Shown here piece by piece: positions 51,219-63,505 of a stretch of 64,000 bases of DNA (its first letter is position 1; each line of letters starts with the position of its first letter). The notes beneath the pieces are model-generated. The model saw nothing but the letters and a program-made list of their open reading frames with translations. It made no database searches and was not told the DNA's origin. This DNA comes from Malacoraja senta (Eukaryota), in contig JAXLNO010000477.1 of assembly GCA_038087875.1 (NCBI GenBank), positions 62,001 through 126,000 of the forward strand, in the 5' to 3' direction. The translations under genes were made by a program, and so were the position numbers.

Positions 51219-53679
51219 CTTGACGGATATAACGTCAAAGCAGAACCGTCTGCGGCCAATGGGAAAGGGGTAACTACAGAGAGAGTGGGACCTCTCATGG
51301 ATCAAAGCGCTCACCTCTGTGTGGAGCCACAGCAGATGGACATGATCCTCAATAAGTGTCTCTCCTCTGTATTTTTCGAGGATAAAAACTGTCGGACGGA
51401 GGATCTTGGGGCAGTCAATGGAAGTGTATTGAGAGCAGTCAGTGTTACCGTCGAAGAAGTACTGATGGTACTATCGTGTATCAAGGTAGACAAATCTCCA
51501 GGGCCTGATCACACATATCCGAGGACATTGTACGAAACTAGAGTGGGAATTACGGGAGCCCTCGTTGAAATTTACGTGGTCAACGTGCTGAAGCAGGCCA
51601 TTCGGCCCTTCGAGCCGGCACCGCCATTCACTGTGATCATGGCTGATCATCCACAATCAGTACCCCGTTCCTGCCTTCTCCCTATATCCCTTGAATCTGC
51701 TATCTTTAAGAGCTCTATCTAACTCTTTCTTGGAATCATCCAGAGACTAGGCCCCCACTGCCTTCTGAGGCAAACAATTCCACAGATTCACTACTCTCTG
51801 GGTAAGAAAGTGCTTCCTCATCTCCGTTCTAAATGACGTCGCTTATTCTTAAACTGTGGCCCCTGGTTCTAGACTCCTCCAACATCGGGAACACGTTTCC
51901 TGCCTCTAGCGTGTCCAATCCCCTAATAATCTTATACGTTTCAATAGCATCCCCTCTCATCCTTCTAAATTCCAGTGTATACAAGCCCAGTCGCTCCATT
52001 CTTTCAGCATCTAACATTCCCGCCATCCCGGGAATTAACCGTGTAAACCATAGCAAGAACGTCCATTCTCAAAATCGGTGACCAAAACTGCACACAATAC
52101 TCCACGTGTGGTCTCTCCAGGGCCCTGTCCAACTGTAGAAGGACCTCTTTGCTCCTATACTCAACTCCTGTTGTTATGAAGGCCAACATGCCATTAGCTT
52201 TTGTGACAATATCCATGTAATTTATGCATATGAGCTGTACTCATTCTCGCACATGCTCAGACTTGCGCATATAATTATGTAAATCAGTCGGTGACCTTTA
52301 ACTTGGAAATACAATTCTTGCCTTTGATTCCTACACGAGTGTGTGTGGAGCCATCTTTCTCCGTCTAATATGTGCTAGTTTTACCTACATCATAAGCAGA
52401 CACATATCAAAACATGGTGGCATTGGTGAAAGTGAAGATTTGTGGATAAAATGGAGGCTATGATGATTAGCAAAAATGCTTAGAAAAGCTTTCAGGAATC
52501 AGTGTTTCAATGCTCAGCGACCGACTAGCTGCATGCATTAGTGGGATGATATGCAGGCCAGTGAGCACACAACGATAAGACGCAGTGTGTAATCAGTGCT
52601 GTGGGAGACTGCTTAAACATAGCACACGCTGCATGGAAGCAGATAAAAACAAGTTTTGTTTCAATATATTTTGTATATTAGTAGAAGATATTAGAGAATA
52701 TTACGCAAATTGCGCAGTCGTGCGTTGCGCTTAAAGCTAAACGATACGTAAGCGATTAAAAGCGACGGGATACTCTGATATTTGAATTGAATTGAATTGA
52801 ATTTCCTTTATTGTCATTCAAACAATAGATTGAACGAAATTGCGTACCTTGCAGTCATGGCAGAGAAAAAGCAACAAAACTCACAATGAACACAATTTAA
52901 CACAAATATCCATCACAGTGAATCTCCAGGCAACTCCTCACTGTGATGGAAGACATAAAGTCCTATCTCTTCCTTGCTTGTTCTCCCGCTGCGTCGAGGC
53001 GATCGAGGCTCTCGATGTTGAAACCCCCGCCGGGTGATGGGTAAATCCCGCGGCCGATTCCAAGCTCCCCGAACGGGCCGCCTCAAACTCCGCGACCCGG
53101 GCCGGACGAAGCCGCCACCCTCCAGTCCAGCTGTTGCGGGAGCTGCCGAAAATCAGTCACCAAGCAGGGACCTGCGAGCTCCCGATGTTACCGTCCACAG
53201 GGCCCGCGGCCGAAGCCCGCGAGCCCCGAAGTCGGGTCGCAGCCACAGCTCCACCACAGCCTCCGAAGTCAGCCAGCTCCGCGATGGGAAGTCCACAGGC
53301 TCTGCCACCGGAGCCCCCAAAGTCGATTCCAGTTTGAGGCCCCCAGCTCCCCGATATTAGGCCTCAGTGCAGACGCAGACGGAGATATGACAAGGAAAAA
53401 GACGCAACCCCGTAGAAGGAAGAGATTTAAAAAATCTTTCCCCCACTCCCCACATATACACAACTAAACATAAACTAAAACATACATCTAATAAGACAAA
53501 ATAAAACAAATAAAGACAAAGCCAGGCGACTGCAGGCGAGCCGCAGCTACATCCGGATGGAAGTGGCGGCGCAGGCCAGTTCATCTTTCCACGTGGCTCC
53601 ACCACCCAACCTAAAGCTCAAAGAGAAGCGGGTGGAAGAGTGGAAAATGTTTAAACAAATGTACGAAAATTATCATTAC

Positions 53680-55165
53680 ATGACTACTGCCCCATAGAGT
53701 ATCTCCCTATCAGTACTACAACACAGCGTGTTATTACATCAGTACTACTGCACACTGTCACTCCGTCAGTACAACCCCACAGTGTGTCATTCCATCAGAA
53801 CTACCCCACAGCGTGACACTTCATCAGTAGTATTACACAGTGTCATTTCATCAGTACTACTGCACAGTGTGTCACGCCATCAGTACTACTGCACAGTGAG
53901 TCTCTCCATCACTACGTCCACACCGTGTTTAACGCCATCAGTACTGCCCCATCGTGTGTCACTCCATCAGTACTATCCCACAGTGTATCACGCCAATCGT
54001 ACTACCCTATATATTGTCATTCCAACCTTACTACCCCACAGTGTGTCTCTCCATCAGTACTACTCCACCTTGTGTCCATAACATCAGTACTACCCCACAG
54101 TGTGTCTCTCCATCAGTACTACCCCAATGTATGGCCATAATATTAATGTTACCCCACAGTGTGTCTCTCCATCAGTACTACCCCAATGTATGGCCATAAT
54201 ATTAATGTTATCCCACAGTGTGTCTCTCCATCAGTATTAACACATAGTGATTCACTCCATCAGTACTACCCCACAGTGTGTCTCTCCATCAGTACTACCC
54301 TACAGTGATTCACTCCATCAGTACTACCCCACAGTGTGTCTCTCCATCAGTACTACCCCATAGTGATTCACTCCATCAGTACTACCCCACAGTGTGTCTC
54401 TCCATCAGTACTACCCCATAGTGATTCACTCCATCAGTACTACCCCACAGTATTTCACTTCTACAGAAACACCCACAGTGTGTCATTCATCAGTACTAAC
54501 CCGCAGTACGTCAGTCCATCAGTAATACACCACAGAGCGTCATTCCATCAGTACTATCACACAGTGCGTCACTCCATTAGTATAGCACCACAGTGTGCCA
54601 GTCCATCAGTAACATACAACAGTGGGCCAATCCATCAGTACTATTCCACAGTGTGTATCCCATCAATGTCGCCCCGTTGGGCGCCACTCCACCAGTACTA
54701 CACCACAGTGTGTCAATCCAGTTTAACTATCCCCACAGTGTCAATCCAGCTTAACTATCCCCACAGTGTCAATCCAGCTTAACTATCCCCACAGTGTCAA
54801 TGCAGCTTAACTATCCCCACACTGCCAATCCAGCTTAACTATCCCCACAGTGTCAATCCAGCTTAACTATCCCCACAGTGTCAATCCAGCTTAACTATCC
54901 CCACAGTGTCAATGCAGCTTAACTATCCCCACACTGCCAATCCAGTTTAACTATCACCCCATCATTACTACACAATGTGGCATTCCATCTGAACTATCCC
55001 ACTTTGTGTCACTCCATCAGTATTGCCCCACTGTGTGTGTCACGTTCCCAGTCTCCCCCACTTTGTGTCACTCCATCAGTGTTGCCCCACTGTGTGTGTC
55101 ACGTTCCCAGTCTCCCCCACAGTGTGTCACTCCATCAATAATTCCAACAGCGTGTCACTCCATTG
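53680..55165. repeat. Satellite array: 29-bp unit grading into a 28-bp variant (AATCCAGCTTAACTATCCCCACAGTGTC, ~54715-54955)
   Basis: Periodicity read directly. Confidence 0.9.
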
Positions 55166-55944
55166 GTGCTTTCCCCAAACTGCGACATTGCATATTCCAC
55201 ACAAACGCACCCTCACAGACACTCACAATCTCACACACTCACACAATTCACACAATTACCCACCCTTGCGCACGGCAATGCACTCTTACACATACACAAA
55301 CATTACTCATACAACGCTACGCACTCAAAGTCACGGACACTGACACATCGAAACACAGACCCGTGGACACACCCACTCACGGAGGCACTTACATATTCAC
55401 GTATCCCTATTCCTTCAATAAGGGTCTTCATGTTCCATGAAGAAGGGTCCGAAATGAATAGGCGGCCGAAAGGTCGCCTATTCATTCTCTCCATAGATGC
55501 TGCCTCTCCCGCTGAGTTTCTCCAGCAGTTTTTGTTTACTTACATATTCACGTACCCACACTCGCTCCCACACTCGCCCACACTTCTCTCGTATACTCAC
55601 GAAACTCACACATTCTTACACAGTTCGTCGCAACGTCATATACTTTTTCAAACACCAGCACACACTCACGCCTCACACACAAATACTTTCACACCCTCAC
55701 TCATACCCTTGTAAACGTTGACACCACTAACACTAAAATACACACTGTCACACTGTCACACACTGACATTGTTGTGCACTCACACTCATCGTATACACAC
55801 TCATTGTCACAAAAGCGTAAACGCACACTCAAATACAGTCATAAGATCATAACCGATTGCAGCATATTTAAGCTATTCGGTCCATCAAATCTACTCCGCC
55901 GTTCAATCATGGCTGATCTATCTTCCCCTCCTGACCCCATGGGT

Positions 55945-56143
55945 GTGTCACACATACACACACACGCGCACACACACGCACACACACACAAACTCACGCA
56001 CACAAGCACGCACACACACAAGCACACACACACACACGCACAAACACACACGCGCACAACCGAACACGCACACACACACACGCACACAACCGAACACACA
56101 TACGCACACACAGACACACAAAAGCATACACACATACACACAC

Positions 56144-56174
<31 letters not shown>

Positions 56175-56290
56175 TGCACACACACAAACACACACATGCA
56201 CACACACAAACACACACACACAAACACACACACACACACATATATATACACACACACACAACCGAACACGCACACAACCGAACACATATA
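55945..56290. repeat. (CA)n-rich low-complexity tract
   Basis: Read directly. Confidence 0.97.
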
Positions 56291-56527
56291 ATCACAGGCA
56301 CTCAAATACTCTCACATGTTCTCACATACAATGATACACATGCACTCACACTACCAGACATAAACACGTACTAGCACTAAGAGACATGCATTTATTTGCA
56401 CACATGCACTAATACATTCACGGACAATCACTTACTCAACACCACCATATATTCACACACTCATGCTTTATCACTATCAAACAATCAGATATTCAAACAT
56501 TCTCACAAACTCACATTCCCACATCCA

Positions 56528-57981
56528 TCTATCTATCTTCTATACTATTACTAAAACACTCATCTAGACCACTTCCGGTCTATGTTGTAAATAAAATTTA
56601 GCCAAAACGCTCCCCTATATCGCTATGATTTTTCGCCATCTTACTCACCGACTCCACCGCTCCACGCGTCCCAGCGTTAGTTCCGATCGGTGAAATAATA
56701 GAAAAGTCATGAATGTTTAAAACATCGTGAGATCAGCAGATATGTCTTCTCGTCTGTCAGTCACCATGAAGAAGGTAACGCCCCTTCCGTGGGCCAGGAG
56801 AATAAATCCCGGAGACCGGACGTGAATCAGTTACCCCGGAAGACCGCGAGTGAGAGTTGAGTCCAGAACTGTGCGTCTACACCGTGAGTGAACTGAACTG
56901 TGAGTCTGCACCGTGCTGATTGAACTGTGAGTCTACGCCGTGAGTGAGTGAACTGTCAGTCTGCGCCGTGAGTGAAATGAACTGTGAAAGTGCACCGTGC
57001 TGACTGAACATTAAGTCTACACCGTGAGTGAACTCAACTGTCATTCTATGCCGTGAGTGAATGTAACTGTGAGTCTACGCCGTGAGTGAATGTAACTGTG
57101 AGTCTATGCCGTCAGTGAACTGAACTGTGAGTCTGCACAGTGCTGATTGAACTGTGAGTCTGCACAGTGCTGATTAAACTGTGAGTCTACGCCGTGCGAA
57201 ACTGAACTGTGAGTCCATGCCGTGAGTAAATGAACTATGTGTCTGCGCCGAGCTGACTACAGAGGTCGCGCTTATCCCGGAACTCCCGCTCAGTGCATAG
57301 GTCGCGCTCATTCCGGAAGTCTCATCATTCCGGAAGGCCCGCTCAGTCCAGAGGCCGCGCTCAGCCGCGTGAGTAGATTCAAGAGAGTTTTACTCTCTTA
57401 TATATGTCCCATGTGCGTGTGTGTGTGTGAGTGTGTGTATGTCAGTGTGTGTCAGCGTGTATGTATGTGTGTGAGTGTGTGCGTGTGTCATTGTGTCAGT
57501 GATGGAGGGTGTGAGTGATGGAGGGTGTGAGTGTGTGTGAGACGGAGGGTGTGAGTGTGAGATGGAGGGTTGTGTGTGTGAGAGAGATAGAGGGTGTGTG
57601 TGTGAGATGGAGGTTGTGTGTGTGTGTGATGGAGGGTGTGTGTGTGACGGAGGTTGTGTGTGTGATGAATGGTGTGTGTGAGATCAATGGTGTGTGTGTG
57701 AGAGAAGCAGGGTGTGTGTGAGATGGAGGGTGTGTGTGTGATGGAAGGTGGTGTGTGTGTGATGGAGGTTGTGTGTGTGATGAATGGTGTGTGTGTGTGT
57801 GTGATGGAGGATGCGTGTGTGTGAGCACACCAGCCGTGAGTGAGTGAACTGCCAGCCCACCAGCCGTCAGTGAATGAATTGCCAGCCCACCAGCCGTCAG
57901 TGAGTGAGTCAAATGCCAGCCCACCAGCCGTGAGTGAGTGAACTGCCAGCCCTCCAGCCCAACGGGTCCCACTTATTCTAG
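56528..57981 (+). mobile_element. Putative non-autonomous Helitron with internal tandem arrays
   Basis: 5' end A|TCTAT...TCTATACTATTACTAAAA. 3' hairpin GCCC-AAC-GGGT (57957-67) lies 10 nt before CTAG|T (57978-81). No target duplication; CA-rich DNA on both sides. Confidence 0.65.
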
Positions 57982-58789
57982 TATTCTCTAACATTGTCTC
58001 ACAAACAAAAATTCACACGCACTCACATACGCAAACACTCTCACCCACATTTACTAATGCTCACACACTCACACGCACACTCACGCACTCACGCAAACAG
58101 AAACACAAGCAAATGCAGCCACTCTTACAAACGCTGCCGCACTCACACACGCAGACCCGTCTGCACTCTTACACATTTTGTGATTCAGAACGATTCCAGG
58201 GTGTTCGCGGCGAGCTGCGCAGCCGGGAATGTCCCCGGTGAGCAGGGCCGCCCTTCATTCGGCCCGGTAGTCACGCCTCGCTCACCGCGGACGGCGATGG
58301 GAGCCGTGCCTCGTTAGCGACGATAGAGCCTCGAGCAATGACAGCGAGCGAGGTGGAGGGTCGGAGAGCGAGGAAGGCCGCCGGGAACGAAGGGGGTCCC
58401 CGGTGCGGCGGCAGGCAGGAGTTGGAACTATTCGGTCAACGTTTGTAACTTTGTCGCCGTCAAAATGTGGCGAGACTTGTGTACGGCCTCGGTGAGGCCT
58501 GCGACATGATTTTACCGGGTTGTCTGTAAAACTAAGTATTTCACTCTACCTGGGTACACGTGACAATAAAGGACCATTGAATCATTGACATTCTTGCAAA
58601 CGCATACACTTACACTCACACACACACACACACACACACACTCCAACTGATTCACACAATCTCACACATTCACACTTAAATACACGTGCTAACACACTCA
58701 TGCATGGACACACACACCCATACTGTCACACACACACAATAACCAATGCGAGTCAGGATGCATCTCTGGAGAAGTTTAGTTGAGTTTTT

Positions 58790-59232
58790 ACAGTTTGGTT
58801 TAGTTTATTGTCACGTGTACCGAGGTACAATGCAATGCTTTTGCTGCGTATAGATAGCTTTTACGGGGTATAGATACATGATAAGGGGATAAGGTTTAGT
58901 GCAAGGTAATGCCAGGAAAGTCCCATCAAGGATCGGCCGAGGGTCACCAAAGAGGTAGATAGTAGTTCAGCACTGGTTGTGATAGGATGATTCAGTTGCC
59001 TGATAACAGCGGGGAAGAAACTGTCCTTGAATCTGGAGGTGTGCGTTTTCACACTTCTCTATCTGTTGCCTGATGGGAGAGGGGAGAAGAAGGAATGACC
59101 AGGGTGAGAATCGTGGATTTTGCAGCTGGCCTTGCCGAGGCAGCGTGAGGTATAAATTGAGTCAATGGAAGGGAGATTAGTTTGTGCCACCTTCTGGGTG
59201 ACGTCCACAATTTGCTGCAATTACTTACTGTC
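58790..59232 (-). mobile_element. Rex1/Babar-type LINE, 3' fragment
   Basis: LPSGNR...KTHTSRFKDSFFPAVIRQLN; the 3' end is TGACAATAAA plus (CTAAA)n. Confidence 0.78.
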
Positions 59233-59244
59233 TTGGATGGAGAT

Positions 59245-60125
59245 TCTTCTTTTTGCGATTAAAACATAAACCTAAGGGATAGTTCGATCTCAAGCCGGTG
59301 TTGAGCAGTCAGGTTGTTGTCTCTGTTGGCGTCAATGTCTGCCAGGCCCTGACAGAGCTCCATTTGGTGGGTGGTAGAGCGGGCACCCAGAGATGACATG
59401 GTTGGCTGTCTGTTGTTCTGCCCCACATTCACAGGCTGGGCTCTGGCGGAGCCCCCATCTCCACATGCTGGCATTGAAACGCCCAACTCCAGTACCAAGT
59501 CTGTTGAGCTTCACCCATGCTCCTCTGGGGAGCTCAGACCTTGGACAGCTTTTATCTGGTGAAGAGATGTAGCTGTGTAATGGAGATGAGGTTGCCTTCC
59601 ACTCCTGTGACCACTTGGTGGCTATCCAGTGTGCTTTTGTCTCAGTTGGCTGGATGGATGCTAGGAGTTGTTTTCCATATGGAGCAAAGGGGTGACTGAC
59701 CAGTCGGGATTGCCTCTGCTCTCTACTGATAGCCTGATGGAGGAGGTGATCTGGGTCTATGGCACGACGAGATAGTGCCAGAGTTGCTGCTTGCCTTGGG
59801 ATCCCTGCTGACGGAATGCCCGCAAGTATAGGGAGCTGCTCGACTGGAGTAGGTTGAAGGCACCCAGTGATGGTTCACAAGGTGCTGTTCAGGCTCGTGT
59901 CTACCAGGCTAGTGTGTCTGCTTCTACTCCATACGGGTGCGCAGTACTCAGCTGGGGCACACACAAGCGCTAAGGCAGAGGTGTGAAGAGTTGATGGGCT
60001 GGCTCCCCAACTTGTTTCTGCCATGTGTCGGATGAGGCCGCTACGTGCCGGGACCTTGTCGCGGAGACCAGCCAGGTGTTGACGAAATGTAAGCGACCTG
60101 TCCAGCTTTACGGAGCTGCCCAGAT
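59245..60125 (-). mobile_element. Vingi/Ingi-type (I-group) LINE, 3' fragment, decayed
   Basis: LDRSLTFRQHL...SWGA...LALV...AEYCAPVWSRS.HT..VD..LN and LNRLGTGVGR...WG...SPACECGAEQQTANH...CP. Confidence 0.75.
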
Positions 60126-60239
60126 GGAGCTGTTCCCAAACCAAGCTGCGATGGTTTTTGATAAAATACCTTGTATGGTGCAACTGTAGAAGTTGGTGAG
60201 AGTTGTAGGCGACATGCCGATCTACCTATGCCTTCTCAG

Positions 60240-60935
60240 AACATGAATAGGTGACGTTTCTGCTCGGGATCCTTCTTCAGACTGGTTGTGGTAGGAAGGG
60301 GAGAAGACTGGAACAGAGGGAGGCAGGAAAAAGTGAGTTGAATGATGTGCGGATGCAGATTAATAGGGTTTTGATAGTCATGTGGTTGATACCTGAGATT
60401 CAACTATATAAGGAGTGAGATGAAGATTGAAGAGGATGGAATTATAAAGAGAGGGGAAGGAATATCGGTGGAAGGGGAGGGGTAGAGGAGATGAGTGGGT
60501 GGGAATCCGTTTGAGGCACGAGGAAGAGCGAGGGGACAGCGGGAATTTTCACGCTAGCTACCTAACATTGGAGAATTCAATGCTCATACCATTAGGTTGC
60601 AAGGTACCAAAGCGGAATATGAAGTGGTGAACTTTCAGTTTGCATGTAGCCTCACTCTGGCAATGGAGGAGGCCCAGGGCAAAAAGGTCAGCGTGGGAAG
60701 GGGAGTTACAATTGTTAGCAACGGCGAGATCCGGCAGGCCTTGGCGGAACGAGGGTAAGTGTTCGTCTAAAACGTCGCCGAGTCTACGCTCGACCACGCC
60801 GATGTAAAGGAGGCCATATCTGGAACACCGCATGCAACACATGAGATTAGAGGAGGTGCCGGTGAACATCTGTCTCACTTGGAAGTGTTGCTGGAGTGTG
60901 AGGGAAAGGGTATATGGACAGCTGTTACATCCCAT
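60240..60935 (-). mobile_element. Penelope-like element 3' part: GIY-YIG endonuclease remnant and terminal repeat
   Basis: ORF 60558..60935 (CNSCPY..FQVRQ.FT.TSSNL...RCS..GLLYIG...RRLGD...EHL; LGTLQPNG-like), followed by a CTGAAGAAGG..GAAACGTCACC motif. Confidence 0.85.
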
Positions 60936-62060
60936 GGTGGCTCACCGTTTTAACCGCACTTCTCAAGAAAGGCGTTGAAGAGAGAAGTGAGGGCGAGCAG
61001 GAGGAGAGTTGGGGAAATGGAGAGACAGGTACGGAGTACAAAGATGAAAGGGAGCGATAGCGGAGAAGACGAAAGTGGAAGAGGTGGGGGGAGGGTGAAC
61101 TATTAAATGTAGTGTGGGAAGATGGAGAGAGAGAAGAGTTCAGAGCGAGTGGGTTGGTAAAAGGGAGATAGGGACGGGTCAGATAGATACAGAGATACTG
61201 AGGGAGAGATGCAGTGAGAGTGAGAGGTTAGGGAGGGGTAAGGGAAGAAAGGTTGACAGAGATATGCCGGCGCAGAGAGGGAGAATAGAGAGAGTAGGGG
61301 GGAGAGTAACAGTTCAGAGAGAGGACAGCAGTAAGGATGGAGGGAGAGAGAAAGGCAGGAGGGAGAGGGGCTGCATCATTCGCCGTTTTATGTAGGTTTA
61401 GGACAAATCTGAGGCGGTAATGTTTCTGTTCTCTGGGTGTCTTTGTGAGTCTCTGGGTCGTTCATCCACAGAAGGTGGTGAAGGCAGAGAATGTTATTGT
61501 CGCAGGGCAAAGTCAGATCCACTCCAGGCAAACAGGGAGTGAATGGATACCGGGGTCGCCGGGGGTGGGGGTTGGGGTCACAGTCAGTCAGTCAAGCCGC
61601 GATCATATTGAGGGGTGAAGCAGAGTGGAGGGATGGGGGGGCATTTTAGTCCGAGGTGATGTGTTGAACTAATTCCTCTACCTGTGGACAAAGGTCGCCC
61701 AGTCCAGTCCACCTTCAAACTGGGCACCAGAAGCCCTGAGAGGGTCCATGGAATTTGGCATTGCCTTACTGAGTGAAACGCATTGAAGGAAATCAGACAA
61801 CCAACATGAGGTGGTGAGTTGGGTCTGATGGAGTTTGAAACAATATCCCCTTTGCTGGAACAATGCCGCCTCTCCCAATTTCCATCCCTATCGCCACAAT
61901 ACCCAGTCTTTGGAGTTTCTCAATCAATTCCGTGAATAAAGCACAACCTGTCTCAGCAGGGATTGCACTCGGCTGATGTCATCTGTTTGTGAATCATTTC
62001 AAAATCTCTATTTTTAAAACTCTGTTGAAACTTCACTGTCCCGGTGGAGACGGAAAATGG

Positions 62061-62067
62061 TATAAAA
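62061..62067 (+). promoter_or_regulatory. TATA box (TATAAAA) 87 nt upstream of the GPCR start codon
   Basis: Consensus match at a plausible distance; position is the only support. Confidence 0.5.
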
Positions 62068-62147
62068 TCCCCAGGAATGTTCTGTCCCAGCATTTCATTC
62101 CGAGACATTACCGGTAGCTCACGGGGACACGTCGCTGGGCACAGAAA

Positions 62148-62223
62148 ATGGGGCAGCATATTTATGAATATTGGCGTGTGGAGAGAATAGTGTACGTGAT
62201 CATTGCTGCCATTGGTGTCCCTG
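62148..62223 (+). CDS. GPR139-like: First coding exon of a GPR139/GPR142-like class A GPCR (remainder not seen in the window)
   Basis: Kozak context AAAATGG. Encodes MGQHIYEYWRVERIVYVIIAAIGVP plus 1 nt, then a consensus G|GTAAGT phase-1 donor. The Y..I.AIGVP end in TM1 matches my recollection of exon 1 of the expanded chondrichthyan GPR139-like genes; not database-checked. Confidence 0.72.
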
Positions 62224-62899
62224 GTAAGTGAGCAGAACAATTCAAGTTGTATAATTCCATCCGTGTGTTAACTGGTGTTGACCTGATTCTCATCATGTTA
62301 CAAGTTCCCAACTGATGATCGTTGTACAAGAATATGTGAAGAATATCAATCCTCTCAGTGAAATATTTGTGAATTAATGCTGTGATATTTCTTATTTTCA
62401 GACAGCTGAAACTAAGCCCCTTTTTCTCTCACTGCTGCCGGCCGGGAGCCACTAGAATGTTGTTCTTGCCTTCAGTGTTGTCCCAGTGCTCGGGACAGGC
62501 AGGCAGGCAGGCAGCTCTCCGGGACGGTGTGACTGGGAGAGAGGGGTTCACGTTGTGAAGTTCACTGTGACTGAGTTATTGATCAGAGTGCACACCCGCT
62601 CCTGTGGACACTGTGTCTCACTGTGGAGTCTGTCTGTCACAGTCGGATTCCACCCACAGCATTTTGGTCAATAATTGGATCGATCTCCTGAACCAGTGGC
62701 CGCGGATCTACCGGCGTGTGTGTGTGTGTGTTGTTACTTCACCTGCACCATCTTGAGTCTGCTGAGATTAGCCGCTGTATGTCTAAACTAACCCGACTAA
62801 CTACCCCCCCCTGTCTCTGTGCTTTGGTACATATATCCCACACCATCCATACATGGGGATAATAGGTTGCATTCCTGGCACCGTCTGGATTTCGTGTGT

Positions 62900-63080
62900 G
62901 GGAATGAACTGCAGATGCTGGTTTAAATCGTAGATAGACACAAAGTGCTGGAGTAACTCAGCGGGACGGGCAGCATCTCTGGAGAGAAGGAATGGGTGAC
63001 GTTTCGGATCAAGACCCTTCTTCAGTCCCATTCCTTCTCTCCAGAGATGCTGCCTGTCCCGCTGAGTTACTCCGCTTTCT
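62900..63080. mobile_element. Penelope-type terminal repeat in inverted (fold-back) arrangement; similar at 63535-63735, fragments at 6605-6705, 11535-11630, 38400-38495 and 55435-55535
   Basis: GTAACTCAGCGGGACGGGCAGCATCTCTGGAGAGAAGGAATGGG is followed by its reverse complement. It shares the motif found 3' of the GIY-YIG remnant. Confidence 0.75.
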
Positions 63081-63254
63081 GCGTCGACCGTCTGGACCAG
63101 AAGGGGTGGACTCTCATTTGCAACAATTGGCCTCTGCTTCAGGAGGGAAGTGTGAAGGGCACCTTGTGTGGGGAGGGAGAGAAAGAGGAATATCAGGGAT
63201 GATTGGATATGGCGGCCATTGTAGTGCGTTCTTCCCCCAGCTTTACCTTTACCT

Positions 63255-63505
63255 TCAGAAAGGAGATGAGGAGGAATTTCTTTAGACAGAGGGTGGTGAA
63301 TCTGTGCAATTCATTGCGGCAGACGGGGGTGGAGGCCAAGTCAATGGATAGTTTTAAGGCGGAAAGTGATAGATTCTTGATTAGTGCGGGTGTCGGGGTT
63401 TACGGGGAGAAGGCAAGAGAATGGGGTTGAGAGGGAAAGATAGATCGGCCATGATTGAATGGCGGAGTAGACATGATGGGCCGAATGGCCTAATTCTGCT
63501 CCTAT
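63255..63505 (+). mobile_element. CR1 3' fragment; another begins at ~63880 and runs off the window
   Basis: EMRRNFFRQRVVNLCNSL...YGEKAREWG plus CR1 3' UTR. Confidence 0.85.

Larger units (their letters stand above)
42153..53990. repeat. Tandem segmental unit U4 (~11.8 kb, with a 3.3-kb CR1 insertion)
   Basis: Colinear modules. Runs on into the full-length satellite instead of a new junction. Confidence 0.9.

Noticed and set aside
55774..56374. His/Thr- and Cys/Val-rich ORFs (also 57488-57994 and 53728-55440)
   Set aside because: Translations of (CA)n tracts and satellites.
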